A DNA stretch of 41,731 nucleotides from Opitutales bacterium (GTDB taxonomy: Bacteria; Verrucomicrobiota; Verrucomicrobiia; Opitutales; UBA2987): positions 1 to 41,731 of the forward strand of contig CBDDEL010000006.1 of assembly GCA_965226885.1 (NCBI GenBank), given 5' to 3'. The notes under the pieces are model-generated. The model saw nothing but the letters and a program-made list of their open reading frames with translations, was not told where the DNA came from and searched no databases. A program made the translations under genes and the position numbers. This document shows positions 27,172-36,673 of this stretch, one piece after another (positions within the stretch are counted from its first letter, which is position 1; each line of letters begins with the position of its first letter).

Positions 27172-27545
27172 CACTACCTACTTTTTGTCATCGCTGATAT
27201 TGCTTTAATGTTTAATCTATCCTGCTGTATATCAGCAGATAAGCATATCAGCGATACTTTTTTTATGAAATTTCCGGGCTAACCCTGCCGGTGGTTAACT
27301 CCTTTATATATGGAGAGGAAAAGAAAATAGAGAACACGGAACGCTCCAATCGCCTGGTCAACCGCGGACGGGACCTGCGGAAAATCGGCGACCTGCAAGG
27401 CTCCCTGCACGATCTCAATGAAGCCGTTCGCATCAATCCCTATAATACCGCGGCCTACGTGCAAAGAGGCATCACAAGAGCCCAAACAAAGGATTTCGAC
27501 GGTTCCTATTTCGATTTCGAGAAAGTGCTGGAAATAGATCCGGGA

Positions 27546-27617
27546 GATATTACAGCCCTCTTCGGTCGCGCCGTCATGCACGATATTACAGCCCTCTTCG
27601 GTCGCGCCGTCATGCAC
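27546..27617 (+). repeat. Exact 36-bp tandem duplication inside the TPR gene (DITALFGRAVMH x2)
   Basis: GATATTACAGCCCTCTTCGGTCGCGCCGTCATGCAC at 27546-27581 and 27582-27617. Confidence 0.95.
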
Positions 27618-27852
27618 GAGATGAAAAATGACATCAATGGGGCCATGCAGGATTTTAATACCGTGCTGCGTTTGAAACCCGACCATAACATGGCCACCTT
27701 TAAACGTGGAAACCTCAAGCTCGGCCTCGGCCTTTATAAAGAGGCGATTGAAGATTATACAAAGGTCATCGATCGAAGACCAAACACTACCACTGTTCTC
27801 TCGGCCCGGGGGATCGCGAAAATGCAAACCGGAGATCTGACTGGCGCCTTAG

Positions 27853-29434
27853 CCCGGATATTTCATGAAGGGTAAAGTTTGGCTCGTTATTGCTATTGGA
27901 GATGGATTTCTTTGTATTTTGAGCAGATCGTCTTGATTTTTAGGTGTTTTTCAGGGTGTAGAGACACTGCCCCCTTTCCCCCATTGGTTCGGTAGTGCCG
28001 GGGGCAGCACCAATGCACCCTTTAGGTTGGCACCAATTAGGTTGGCACCAATCGGCGGGCCGCATGGTTGAAAAGACTGGCCCAAGGATAACTCTCACTT
28101 AGGTGAAAGTGAATCGTTCGGGTGTTGCGCACGATGACCGCTCCGATCTTGATTAATTTGAGCCGCAGGGTGTGGCATTGGGCCCGCGCCCACTTCGTCC
28201 CTTTTAAGGCTAACCGGCGCATGGCTTCCATCAAGGTGTAGGCCAGCGCCGACAAGAGCAATCGCCACTGATTGGCCCACCATTGATGGGCGCTGGTGCG
28301 CTCGCTGAACAATTGCATCTGTTCCTTGATTCGGTTCTCCATTTCACCGCGGCCACAGTATACCTTGTCGTAAAGCTCCTGGGGATCGCCCGGCAGGTTC
28401 GTCACCACGAAGCGCGGGTTGGACCCCTGTGCGGTGTGTTCGGCTTTATGGATGACCAACCGCAGCCATCGCCACGAATCGGCAGCATAGACGAAGTCCT
28501 GGAATAACCGTTGTTTTTTACCCCTTAGTTCGAACCATTCTTTGGCCTGCTTTTGCAACTGCTGGGCGTCTTGCTGCAAGCGTGCATTGCGAGCCATCCC
28601 CACGATGTAACTAACTTCGTTGCGGTCGCACCAAGAGAGTATCCGGTCTCGACAAAATCCACTGTCGGCGCGCCAAATAATCCGCGTACGGGGCCAGCTT
28701 TGGCGAATCCGTTTAACCAGCAATTTGAGGATGGCCCCGGCATGCTTGCTGGCATCGATCTTGCTCGGCCGCAGGTAGGCCACCAGCAGCTGATCACCGC
28801 AAAAAACATATAGCGGCAGAAAACAGTAATGATCATAATAACCGTGGAAAAAACGTCCCTCCTGGAGCCCGTGCACCGGATTGTCGGTGCCGTCAAAGTC
28901 CAGGATGATCTCTTCGGGTTCCTCGGCAAAGGAGCCCATGAACTGTTCGACCAACAGCTCGTTTACCGCAAAGGCCGCCCGCCGATCCTGCCCGTTTTCA
29001 AAACGACACAAAGTCGGCGCGCTGGCCAACGTTTCAATGCGCCCCGTTACCGTTTGCAACAATGGATCGTGGCGCAGGGTATCAAAGTCGTTCAAATCCT
29101 CATAGCCCGCCACCAGCCCGTAAACGCGCTGCCGCAGCATCCCCAATACCTCATGGCGTACTTTGCCCTTCTGCCGTTTGTCCACTAACTGTCGGGCCGC
29201 TCGTTCGGTCAAGCCCAACTGCCGATCCACTTCCCGGATCAAAAGCAGTCCGGCATCCGAAGTAACCTCTCCGCCCTTGAAATCAACCCGCACACGGCGG
29301 CCTTTTACCCTTGTCAACTGTAGCTTTAATTGTTTACCTTTTGTCATCGCTGATATTGCTTTAATTATTGATCTATCCTGCTGTATATCAGCAGTTAAGC
29401 ATATCAACGATACTTTTTTTACGAAATATCCGGG
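27853..29434 (-). mobile_element. IS1380-family insertion sequence, copy 2 (intact transposase)
   Basis: IRs CCCGGATATTTCATGAA / TTTACGAAATATCCGGG; 4-bp TSD TTAG (27849-27852 and 29435-29438); internal 15-bp duplication at 28022-28051. Confidence 0.94.
28037..29347 (-). CDS. IS1380-family DDE transposase
   Basis: Uninterrupted ORF with the same motifs as copy 1; start placed at ATG ACA AAA (29347), which both copies share. Confidence 0.93.
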   Translation of the reverse strand: MTKGKQLKLQLTRVKGRRVRVDFKGGEVTSDAGLLLIREVDRQLGLTERAARQLVDKRQKGKVRHEVLGMLRQRVYGLVAGYEDLNDFDTLRHDPLLQTVTGRIETLASAPTLCRFENGQDRRAAFAVNELLVEQFMGSFAEEPEEIILDFDGTDNPVHGLQEGRFFHGYYDHYCFLPLYVFCGDQLLVAYLRPSKIDASKHAGAILKLLVKRIRQSWPRTRIIWRADSGFCRDRILSWCDRNEVSYIVGMARNARLQQDAQQLQKQAKEWFELRGKKQRLFQDFVYAADSWRWLRLVIHKAEHTAQGSNPRFVVTNLPGDPQELYDKVYCGRGEMENRIKEQMQLFSERTSAHQWWANQWRLLLSALAYTLMEAMRRLALKGTKWARAQCHTLRLKLIKIGAVIVRNTRTIHFHLSESYPWASLFNHAARRLVPT

Positions 29435-30178
29435 TTAGATGATTTTGATCGGGCATTGTATGCCAACCCCCGGCTCTACCGCACCTTATATGCGAGAGGA
29501 AAAGTGTATTTACTGCAGGGTAGAAGAAAAGCCGCCTTGTATGATTTTGAAAAAGCGCTGCACATAAATCGGCAAACCCCAGATGTCTATCTACTCAGGG
29601 GCATGGTTCATCTCACCATGGACCGGCATGCGGAAGCCCTGAGCGACCTTAAAAAAACCCTCAGCCTCTATAAAAAACCTGAAATGGAGGATGATCCCCA
29701 ATTATTATTGTGGTTCACGCGCATGTCACTGGGGAGAGAGGAGGAAGCTCACTCGCGGCTGCAATACCATTTCAAAAAACGGCTGGCCGGGGAAATGGAG
29801 GGCGCCGCCGAAATCCCCGAATGGTATGCGGCCCGCGTCCGCTTTCAATTAGGGAAAATGGAGGATAGATCGATGGCCGCCCCGACTGGGAATGAAATAG
29901 AAAATCCAGAGGCTCAACATCGCAATCAATGCAAATATTATTATTATGCCGCTCTCGACAAATTACTCCGCAAAGATACCGAAACAGCCATACCGCTCTT
30001 GCAAAAATGCCTGCAAACCAAACAATTCAATACCCTCGAATGCATTGGCGCAGGCCTGCAATTGAGAAAATTAAGAGTAAAACTTGAAAAAACCGGGCAA
30101 TTGGCCAAACCTTCCCTATGGCCGGCGGCAACCTGACAATGGTTGCATTATTATGTTTAAAACGGATTGATTGAAAAT

Positions 30179-30823
30179 ATGGACCTGAAGGTAAAATACA
30201 TTAAAGCCAAGGAACGCTGGGCTGAAAAAAAGAAATCCTCCGGATTCGCCCCACTTGAGAAACCCACGGCCAACAGGCTCCCACCTGGACAACACCTGAC
30301 CAAGGGCTTTCCCGTTCTCGATTTGGGCATCCAGCCTAATATTCCGCTGGACCGGTGGAAGCTTAAAATCCACGGATTGGCACGCCACCCCATGGAATTG
30401 AACTGGGAGGCATTTAACCAACTGCCGCAGGTGGAAGACGTCAGCGATTTTCATTGCGTGACCACCTGGAGCAAATACGACTGCCGTTGGGGCGGGGTTC
30501 CCTTTACGGAAATTTACGAGCGGGCCGATCCGCCCAAGGAAGCTAAATATGTGTTCTTCACCTCCTACGATGATTACAGCACCAACCTGCCCCTGGATCA
30601 ACTGCTGGACGACGATGTGCTCATCGCCACTCAATTTGACGGCCAGCCGATCACCCGTGAACACGGGGGACAGGCGCGAATTATCGTCCCCAAACTCTAT
30701 GCCTGGAAAGGCGCCAAATTCGTCCGGGAAATAGAATTCATGGCGGAGGACCGCCTGGGCTTCTGGGAAGTTCGGGGTTACTCCAATACCGCCGACCCGT
30801 TTACCGAAGATCGTTTCGCCTGA
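30179..30823 (+). CDS. Sulfite-oxidase-like molybdopterin-dependent oxidoreductase (YuiH/MsrP-like, no Tat signal)
   Basis: RLPPGQ, DFHCVTTWS (Mo-ligand Cys), YSTNLPL, EHGGQAR, YAWKGAK and GFWEVRGY. Confidence 0.9.
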   Translation: MDLKVKYIKAKERWAEKKKSSGFAPLEKPTANRLPPGQHLTKGFPVLDLGIQPNIPLDRWKLKIHGLARHPMELNWEAFNQLPQVEDVSDFHCVTTWSKYDCRWGGVPFTEIYERADPPKEAKYVFFTSYDDYSTNLPLDQLLDDDVLIATQFDGQPITREHGGQARIIVPKLYAWKGAKFVREIEFMAEDRLGFWEVRGYSNTADPFTEDRFA

Positions 30824-30854
30824 TGTTGGACCGGGCCGCGGCCGAGGCAGCGAT

Positions 30855-32144
30855 TCAGTGGGGCAGGGTGGGGCCGGCGTCTCCTGGGAGTTTTCCTCCG
30901 GGGACGAGTTTTTGGAGTAGTTCGCCTTCGAGGTGGACGGTGCGGGTGGGAAAGGCGATGCTGGAACCGCGGGCCGCGATGGCGTCCATGATTTTCAGGT
31001 TCACCCGCTGCCGAATGTCCATGTGCTCGAGCCAGGCCGTGGTGGTGGTGAAATAATAGACCAGGATGTTGAGGGAGCTTTCTCCGAAATCGGTAAAATT
31101 AACGAGGATGAATTCCTGGTTGACGCCTTCGTCCTCCCGCAGGAGCTGCCTGATGTCCTCGACCAGGGCGGCCATAGTCTCGGTCGGGGTTGCGTAGTCC
31201 ACCCCGACGATCTGTTTGATGCGCCTCTTGGGCATTTGAGACCAATTGTTGATCATCTCGTTGGCGAGAACATTGTTGGGGATGGAGAGCACGGTTTTCG
31301 GCCAGGTGCGAATCTTGGTTGAGCGCAGCCCGATTTCCTCGACGTCGCCATCCACCCGGTCTCCCACGATAATCCAGTCACCCACTTTGAAGGGCCGGTC
31401 CATGGCCAAGGCGAAGGAGCCGTAGAGATTGGCGATGGTGTCTTTGGCGGCAAAGGCAAAAGCGGCGCCTCCCAGACCGAGGGTGGCCAGAATGCCGCCC
31501 ACGGAGTATCCGAGATTGTCGATTACCATGATGACCCCGACGATGATGACGAATACCCGAACGGCTTTTTTTATGAGCGGAACAAAGGCCCCCACCGTGC
31601 TACCCTTCAAATCGCTGATTTTGACCATTATATCGGCCACAACATCAAGAAAGCGCAGAATGCCCCAAAAAACGAGCAGGGTGCTGGCACCCCGGAAAAG
31701 GAGGGTGAAAAAATTAGACAACTCGTCCTCGATCGGCAGGATGGCTATGGCCAGGTAAAGGCCGAAAAACAGGAAAAAGAGGGACACCGGTTTTTCCAGC
31801 GCTTCCAGCAAACGATCATCGTAATCGGACTTGGTGCGGGCCGCCAATTGTTTCAACCGGGCAAATATCTGCCGGGTCAGCACATTGCGAAAAATAAAGG
31901 TCAACAGGATGATGCCGAAACTCCACAGGAGATGCCCGTAGGTGTATTTTCCAATAAATGGTTTCTCCAAAGTATCCGTAATGAGGCCAGGCCAGGCGCC
32001 TTCCAGCACAGCCGGGGCGGAGGCGGCTTCTCCAGCCAAGGGGATGGACAGGAAGAGGACGAAAAATACAAACCTGGAAAGTGAAAATCTCGATTTCATA
32101 AGAGTAACCTGGGTAAACCGGTTCATTAAACTTGGCTCCTTCAT
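30855..32144 (-). CDS. MscS-family mechanosensitive channel
   Basis: LGLGGAAFAFAAKDTIANLYG, DRPFKVGDWI, GDVEEIGLRSTKIRT and IAFPTRTVHL; start codon uncertain. Confidence 0.92.
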   Translation of the reverse strand: MKEPSLMNRFTQVTLMKSRFSLSRFVFFVLFLSIPLAGEAASAPAVLEGAWPGLITDTLEKPFIGKYTYGHLLWSFGIILLTFIFRNVLTRQIFARLKQLAARTKSDYDDRLLEALEKPVSLFFLFFGLYLAIAILPIEDELSNFFTLLFRGASTLLVFWGILRFLDVVADIMVKISDLKGSTVGAFVPLIKKAVRVFVIIVGVIMVIDNLGYSVGGILATLGLGGAAFAFAAKDTIANLYGSFALAMDRPFKVGDWIIVGDRVDGDVEEIGLRSTKIRTWPKTVLSIPNNVLANEMINNWSQMPKRRIKQIVGVDYATPTETMAALVEDIRQLLREDEGVNQEFILVNFTDFGESSLNILVYYFTTTTAWLEHMDIRQRVNLKIMDAIAARGSSIAFPTRTVHLEGELLQKLVPGGKLPGDAGPTLPH

Positions 32145-32230
32145 AGGGAAAGAGCCGCGTCAACAAAAGCATAAAAAGCTCTCTTTAATGCCAAAGAATC
32201 AAAATAAAGACGCCCGGCAAGGGCTACTTA

Positions 32231-34057
32231 GAGGCTGTCCCAAAAGGGTGATTTTTGCGAGGGCTTTTGATAGGCGCTCATTTTAGAGGTATTTGCATTT
32301 GGGAGAGTATCAACTTTGCTCTCCTATGACGTTAGGATACTGGTTTTGGGGTCCGGTTGCCTGGGTTTCTTTGTATGAGCCGACAGTACGGCTGTGAAAA
32401 AGTATTGTCCTTGCTTTTCCGCTCTCTAGGCCGCCGCTTTGGTTTTTAGTTCGTCTTGCTGGGCCAGCATCTTGGCTACTTTCCATAGGTTGTGCGAGAG
32501 TACCGACCAGGCTACGCTGATCGAGCGGTTGGCAAAGCCTTTGCTGCGCAACCGCCCGGCCTGCCAGCGATTCTTCAATACCCCGATCCGCCCTTCGGTG
32601 CTGGCCCGGCGCTTTTGCAATTGCCTGAACAGTGGTTCCTCCATCCGTTTTTTCAACTGCTTCGGATCGCGTGGACAGAGCGCGTCGTAGATTCCCTCCT
32701 GGGCTAACTGCCGGCGGGCCCGCTGGGAGGCAAATCCCCGGTCCGCGCACATGGCCGCTATGGGTTCTTCCAGGTTGAAGCGGTTCTGTCTTTGCAAACT
32801 CTCTTGCATTTGTTCATTTTCGCTTGGAGTTCGGCTGCCGTAGAGTTTCCAGTCCAGCAGGTACCCTTCAACGCTTTCTCCCAAAAACAGGGTGTTGCCG
32901 AACTCGACCTCTTGGCCCGCTTTACCTCGCACAATCACCTGCCCATCGAGTTCGTAAACACTCAAGACTTTCTCTGCGTTTTTCACCTGGCGGCCGCCAA
33001 TGATCCGCTCGTGCGCCTGTTTGATGACCACCGGGATTTGCTCGCTCATGCGCTCCATCCGGGCGAGGATCTGTTGGACCTGTTTTTCGCTGTAATCGCT
33101 TTGCTCCCAGCAGGCTTGCAATAATTCCCGGTGACTGCGGGCATGCTCCCCGATCCGTTTGAGCAGCTTTTTCATCTGCCTCAAGATACCCTTGCGCTGC
33201 CGCGCGCTGTCCTTTCGCCGCCGGCTGTGGGTCATCTGTATGCACAGCCGATTCATCTGCCGAGCCAAGGGCTCCGGTTCGATCGGCATGCGATGGCGCA
33301 AACCGGCCTTCTCGCGGATCAGCCGGATCGCTTTGAGCAACGTGCCGGCTACATCCTTGAGTAATACCCAGTCCGTCGGCCAATGAATGTTAGCCTCCAA
33401 ACAGGTGCCGTCGATCAGGCAAATGGTGGTGTCAATCGGCTTGTCCAATCCCACCTGCCGGGCCAGAAGGGCATCGCCCACCACCTCAGTCAAGGTCCGG
33501 TGCAAGGCCCTCAACTGCTCTTCGCTGAAAAACTTCGAGGCCCGCTCCAGGGTGCTTTTGGAGATGCCCCTGATGCCATCGATCTGCCGGACACGGCAAA
33601 AGTCGGCCAACAGATCGCTGCTGCCCAGAGCCCGCGACAAATGCCGAAACGAAATCCCTCCGAGCAGACGGCCCAGCGTATCCATGCGCAGTGCCTTGAT
33701 GGCAAAACTGGCCCGCTGCCGCCGGGCCTTTAGACCCATTGGCGGCCACCCCTCCAAGGCCAGCTCAATGGCCTGCGATTCCACCTCCGAGTCGATCAGC
33801 AGCCGATCGATTCGATCAATGGTGGCGCGGAAGTTATCGTAATCGAGGCACCGGTCGACCACAGTTAAAGCTGGACGCAGGAGGCATTGGATGGCTATAT
33901 TTTTCATAGTTTTTCATAGAAAGGGCTATATTGATTTTCGCTAACTCAATTATAGAACCCTTTTTTGGCCGGATCGAGCAAAAACTTGCTCTTTCCGGCT
34001 CTTTTTATCAACGTCATCCAGTTGACTATAAAATCTTTATATTTTTGGGACAGCCTC
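32231..34057 (-). mobile_element. IS5-like / ISNCY insertion sequence (1827 bp)
   Basis: Perfect 15-bp IRs GAGGCTGTCCCAAAA / TTTTGGGACAGCCTC; TSD TACTTA (32225-32230 and 34058-34063; readable as 8-bp CTACTTAG if the ends are trimmed by 1 bp). Confidence 0.9.
32426..33907 (-). CDS. DDE transposase (IS5/ISNCY-like)
   Basis: IDGTCLEANIHWPTD, RGKAGQEVEFG, ADRGF and RASTEGRIGVLK. Confidence 0.88.
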   Translation of the reverse strand: MKNIAIQCLLRPALTVVDRCLDYDNFRATIDRIDRLLIDSEVESQAIELALEGWPPMGLKARRQRASFAIKALRMDTLGRLLGGISFRHLSRALGSSDLLADFCRVRQIDGIRGISKSTLERASKFFSEEQLRALHRTLTEVVGDALLARQVGLDKPIDTTICLIDGTCLEANIHWPTDWVLLKDVAGTLLKAIRLIREKAGLRHRMPIEPEPLARQMNRLCIQMTHSRRRKDSARQRKGILRQMKKLLKRIGEHARSHRELLQACWEQSDYSEKQVQQILARMERMSEQIPVVIKQAHERIIGGRQVKNAEKVLSVYELDGQVIVRGKAGQEVEFGNTLFLGESVEGYLLDWKLYGSRTPSENEQMQESLQRQNRFNLEEPIAAMCADRGFASQRARRQLAQEGIYDALCPRDPKQLKKRMEEPLFRQLQKRRASTEGRIGVLKNRWQAGRLRSKGFANRSISVAWSVLSHNLWKVAKMLAQQDELKTKAAA

Positions 34058-34371
34058 TACTTAGGGACTGTGTTGAATCCCATTTTGGTATACCTTAATT
34101 ATAGGCTGGTTGGATTCTGTTAGTCTTGGGGGCCTTGTCCGGGATTGTAATCCTCCTGGCATTCTATCTGAGGAAATTTAAGCCTGAGAGCACTTTCGGC
34201 AGGGGCACCCCATTGGGCCAAGGAACTGATTATGATCTTTTCGGGACAGACGATGGCTGCCTTGGCCTTTCTCCCCTCTTTGGAATGGCTTCGGAGACAG
34301 GTTGAAAGGGTATGTTTTTCCGATACCCCCACCAACTCCAAAAAGAAATAGATCGATATTGGCCTCCTGCT

Positions 34372-35402
34372 TCATGGTGTCGGTGCCTCTTCCGGCAGAA
34401 GCCCTTCGGCCTTGAGATCGACCCATAACTCGTGAGGGATCTGTGCGCGCATTACTCGCACGTTGTCCTCCAGTTCGGCGATCGATGCGGCTCCCGGTAC
34501 CACCGAAATTACCGCTTCGTGCGCGAACGGGAATTGCAGAGCTGCCGCCCGCAGCTCGACTCCATGCCGATCACAGACCACTGTCATGCGTTTCGCTGTT
34601 TCATGCGTTTCGCTGTTTCTACCAGGTGTTCCGGAGCGCGCTGGTAGTCGAATAAGACGGGCTTGTCCAAATCCCGGGCAAGGATGCCGCTATTGTAGGG
34701 ACCGCCAATGGTGAGTTTAACCCCGCGCTCCAGGCAGAGCGGCAGAAACTCGGGCAGCGCCGACTGGTCGAGCAATGTATAGCGTCCGGCTAGAAGTATG
34801 AAGTCCAAGTCGAAGCGTTCGACCATTCTTCCAGTCCGCTCCCACTCGTTCATTCCCATGCCGATGGCTTTTACGGTGCCCTCCCCCCTGAGCTCGATAG
34901 CCGCTTCAAGCGCCATCGCGAATTCATCGTCGGTGTGCTGTCCCCTGTGATCGCTGTCGTGTACAAATAGAATATCGACCGACTCCAACTGTAAGCGCTC
35001 CAGGCTCGACGTAAGCGATGCATGGACGCCTTCTCTGCTGAAATCAAAATCGCAAGCATATTGCGGAATGCCGTCTTCGCTGTAGGGTTCCAAGTTCTCC
35101 GGGTTTAGTGGCCGCAAAACGCTTACAACCTTGGTCGAAATGGCGAACGAGTTGCGCGGGAATCTATTGAGCACCTGCTCGTAGCGTGTCTCGCTTCGGC
35201 CTTCCCCGTAGAATGGCGCGGTATCGAAGTAGCGCACGCCCAGCTCGTAAGCCCGGCAGATCAGTGCCAAAGCCTCTCCAAAGCTTGAGCCGCTAAAAAG
35301 ACCGTCGCCAAGCATCATATCCCCAAGCGGTGCTCCGCCGAGCCCTAATCGTGTCACGGTAACACCGGTATCGCCGATCGCAACTTTCTCGAAAGGGTTC
35401 AT
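34372..35402 (-). pseudogene. Aldo/keto reductase (D-threo-aldose/L-fucose dehydrogenase-like), frameshifted by a 17-bp tandem duplication
   Basis: LGLGGAPLG, YFDTAPFYGEGRSE, STKV, FVHD, AGRYTLLDQ and GPYNSGILA. TCATGCGTTTCGCTGTT x2 at 34584-34617 separates the C-terminal AAALQFP...VVPGA part. Confidence 0.85.
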
Positions 35403-35403
35403 A

Positions 35404-36300
35404 TCACATCAAACCGTAGATGCGTTCGGCGTTTTCGCTGAACAGCTTTGCCTGCTCTTCCACCGGACGCCCGGCAACGATCTCCCGCAACGCCGCAACC
35501 CACTCCGCGAAACTAGCCCTTAAGGTGCACACCGCCCAATCGCTACCAAAAACCACCCGATCCGGGCCAAAACTGTTGAGGCAATGATCCACCGTCGGCG
35601 CCAGCGTCTCGGCCGTCCATCCATGAGGAGCCCGGGCGACGATACCCTAAATCTTGCAGACCACGTTATCCCGCTTCCCCAGCGCCGTCACATCCCGCCG
35701 CCACTGCTCTTTCTCGTGAGTGATGGGGTAATTCGGGATACGCTCGGAAGCGCCGTTGACTATCTGCGGATCGGCGTTGCCGCAGTGGTCCAAAATGAAG
35801 ATCGTTTCAGGACACTGATCTACCAGCCCAACCGCATCGACCAATTCGGAAGGCCGCATACAAATATCGAAACTTTTGCCGAGTTCGCCGAGGTATTGCA
35901 CGTCTTTGACAAATCCCCCCTCCAGACAATGCCCCCTTGCGACGACAGGTACTTGAAGCACCTGTCGAACGCCCTTGATATATGTGGAATCTCTAAACCG
36001 TGTGATCGATTCGCGGAACTCCCCGTAACCCGGATAGCCCGAAATCACCGCGCCAACCATCGGGTTGTCGTCACGCCGGCACATTTCAATCACAAACTCG
36101 GCCTCCGCTACCCGTTCCACGGGCGACACGTCCACTTCCATGTATATCGTCTTGGACACGTTCGACTTCCTTGATGCCTCGAGGTAGTCGCTCATCAGGT
36201 AGTTTTTCCTCAGGGACTCGATTCCCTCCGAATCCAGCCAGGGCAGGGAAAACTGTTCCAAGTTCCACAAATGCTGGTGCGTATCGATTATCGACAACAT
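35404..36300 (-). pseudogene. Amidohydrolase_2 protein (L-fucono/rhamnono-lactonase-like) with an in-frame TAG
   Basis: IIDTHQHLW, KGVRQVL, ILDHCG, CKI*GI (family motif KISG) and FGPDRVVFGSDW. ORFs 35647-36300 and 35404-35592 are in the same frame. Confidence 0.85.
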
Positions 36301-36512
36301 CGGTGTAGTTAATTTGGGAGCAAGGAGTCAGTCAATGTACCTTTTAATCTCCATTCGTTCCACTGGTCCAATTTTAAATGGTGCTCGTTGGTGAAGGCCG
36401 ACAAAGTGCGGAAACGCGGCCCTCGAGATCCACGATTTTTTCCGCTTCCCGGCTCCACTCTCTGGAAGGCCCCGTCCAGGCGATTGAGACTTAGCTGATT
36501 TACTCAGAATTT

Positions 36513-36548
36513 AAACCGTTGACAAACCGTTGACAAACCTTTGACAAA
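36513..36548. repeat. Three 11-bp direct repeats AAACCKTTGAC
   Basis: AAACCGTTGAC, AAACCGTTGAC and AAACCTTTGAC at 36513, 36524 and 36535. Confidence 0.9.
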
Positions 36549-36673
36549 AATAGTGCCGAAATATGCCGTTTTTGGGGTATTATGAGCCATTATGTCCCGT
36601 AATGACAGCAGAAGAAGATTACAGTCTCTTGATTATCAATATGGTAACTGGAGAGAAACCCGATAGATGAAAC

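Larger units (their letters stand above)
26383..27178 (+). mobile_element. IS1-family insertion sequence (796 bp)
   Basis: Perfect IRs GGTAGTGTTAACAT / ATGTTAACACTACC; 8-bp TSD TACTTTTT (26375-26382 and 27179-27186). Confidence 0.95.
25078..27191 (-). pseudogene. IS1380 DDE transposase, disrupted by IS1 near codon 4 and by a 1-bp deletion near 25856
   Basis: TSDAGLLL, GYEDLND, LDFDATD, FFHGYY, RADSGF and RGEMENRIKE motifs; alignment with copy 2 shows the missing base. Confidence 0.9.
24909..27278 (-). mobile_element. IS1380-family insertion sequence, copy 1 (inactive; contains a nested IS1)
   Basis: Terminal IRs CCCGGATATTTCATGAA / TTTATGAAATTTCCGGG; 4-bp TSD CTAA (24905-24908 and 27279-27282). 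Confidence 0.92.
24854..30136 (+). pseudogene. Exported TPR-repeat protein with an NlpI-like C-terminus, interrupted by two IS1380 insertions (segments 24854-24908, 27283-27852, 29439-30136)
   Basis: Removing both IS plus one TSD each gives a continuous 1323-nt frame: MRPLGNICRIVGAGFFLLTLPVVNSF...TGDLTGALDDFDRALYANP...WPAAT*. Confidence 0.88.

Noticed and set aside
27546..27619. 36-bp repeat as a possible CRISPR repeat
   Set aside because: Two abutting copies with no spacer, in frame inside a TPR gene, and no cas genes in the window.
34120..34371. 73-aa ORF between the IS5-like element and the AKR gene
   Set aside because: No clear start or ribosome-binding site and no recognisable motif; probably a gene remnant that I cannot assign.
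35647..35649. Pyrrolysine or amber read-through in the amidohydrolase
   Set aside because: The position needs Ser (KISG) and TCG to TAG is one substitution; no pyl genes are visible, the neighbouring gene is also broken, and TAG is a normal stop elsewhere in the window.
36620..36670. tRNA 3' end as the islet attachment site
   Set aside because: TGGT at about 36641 is not followed by a T-arm-like or cloverleaf sequence; I could not fold a tRNA anywhere in the window.
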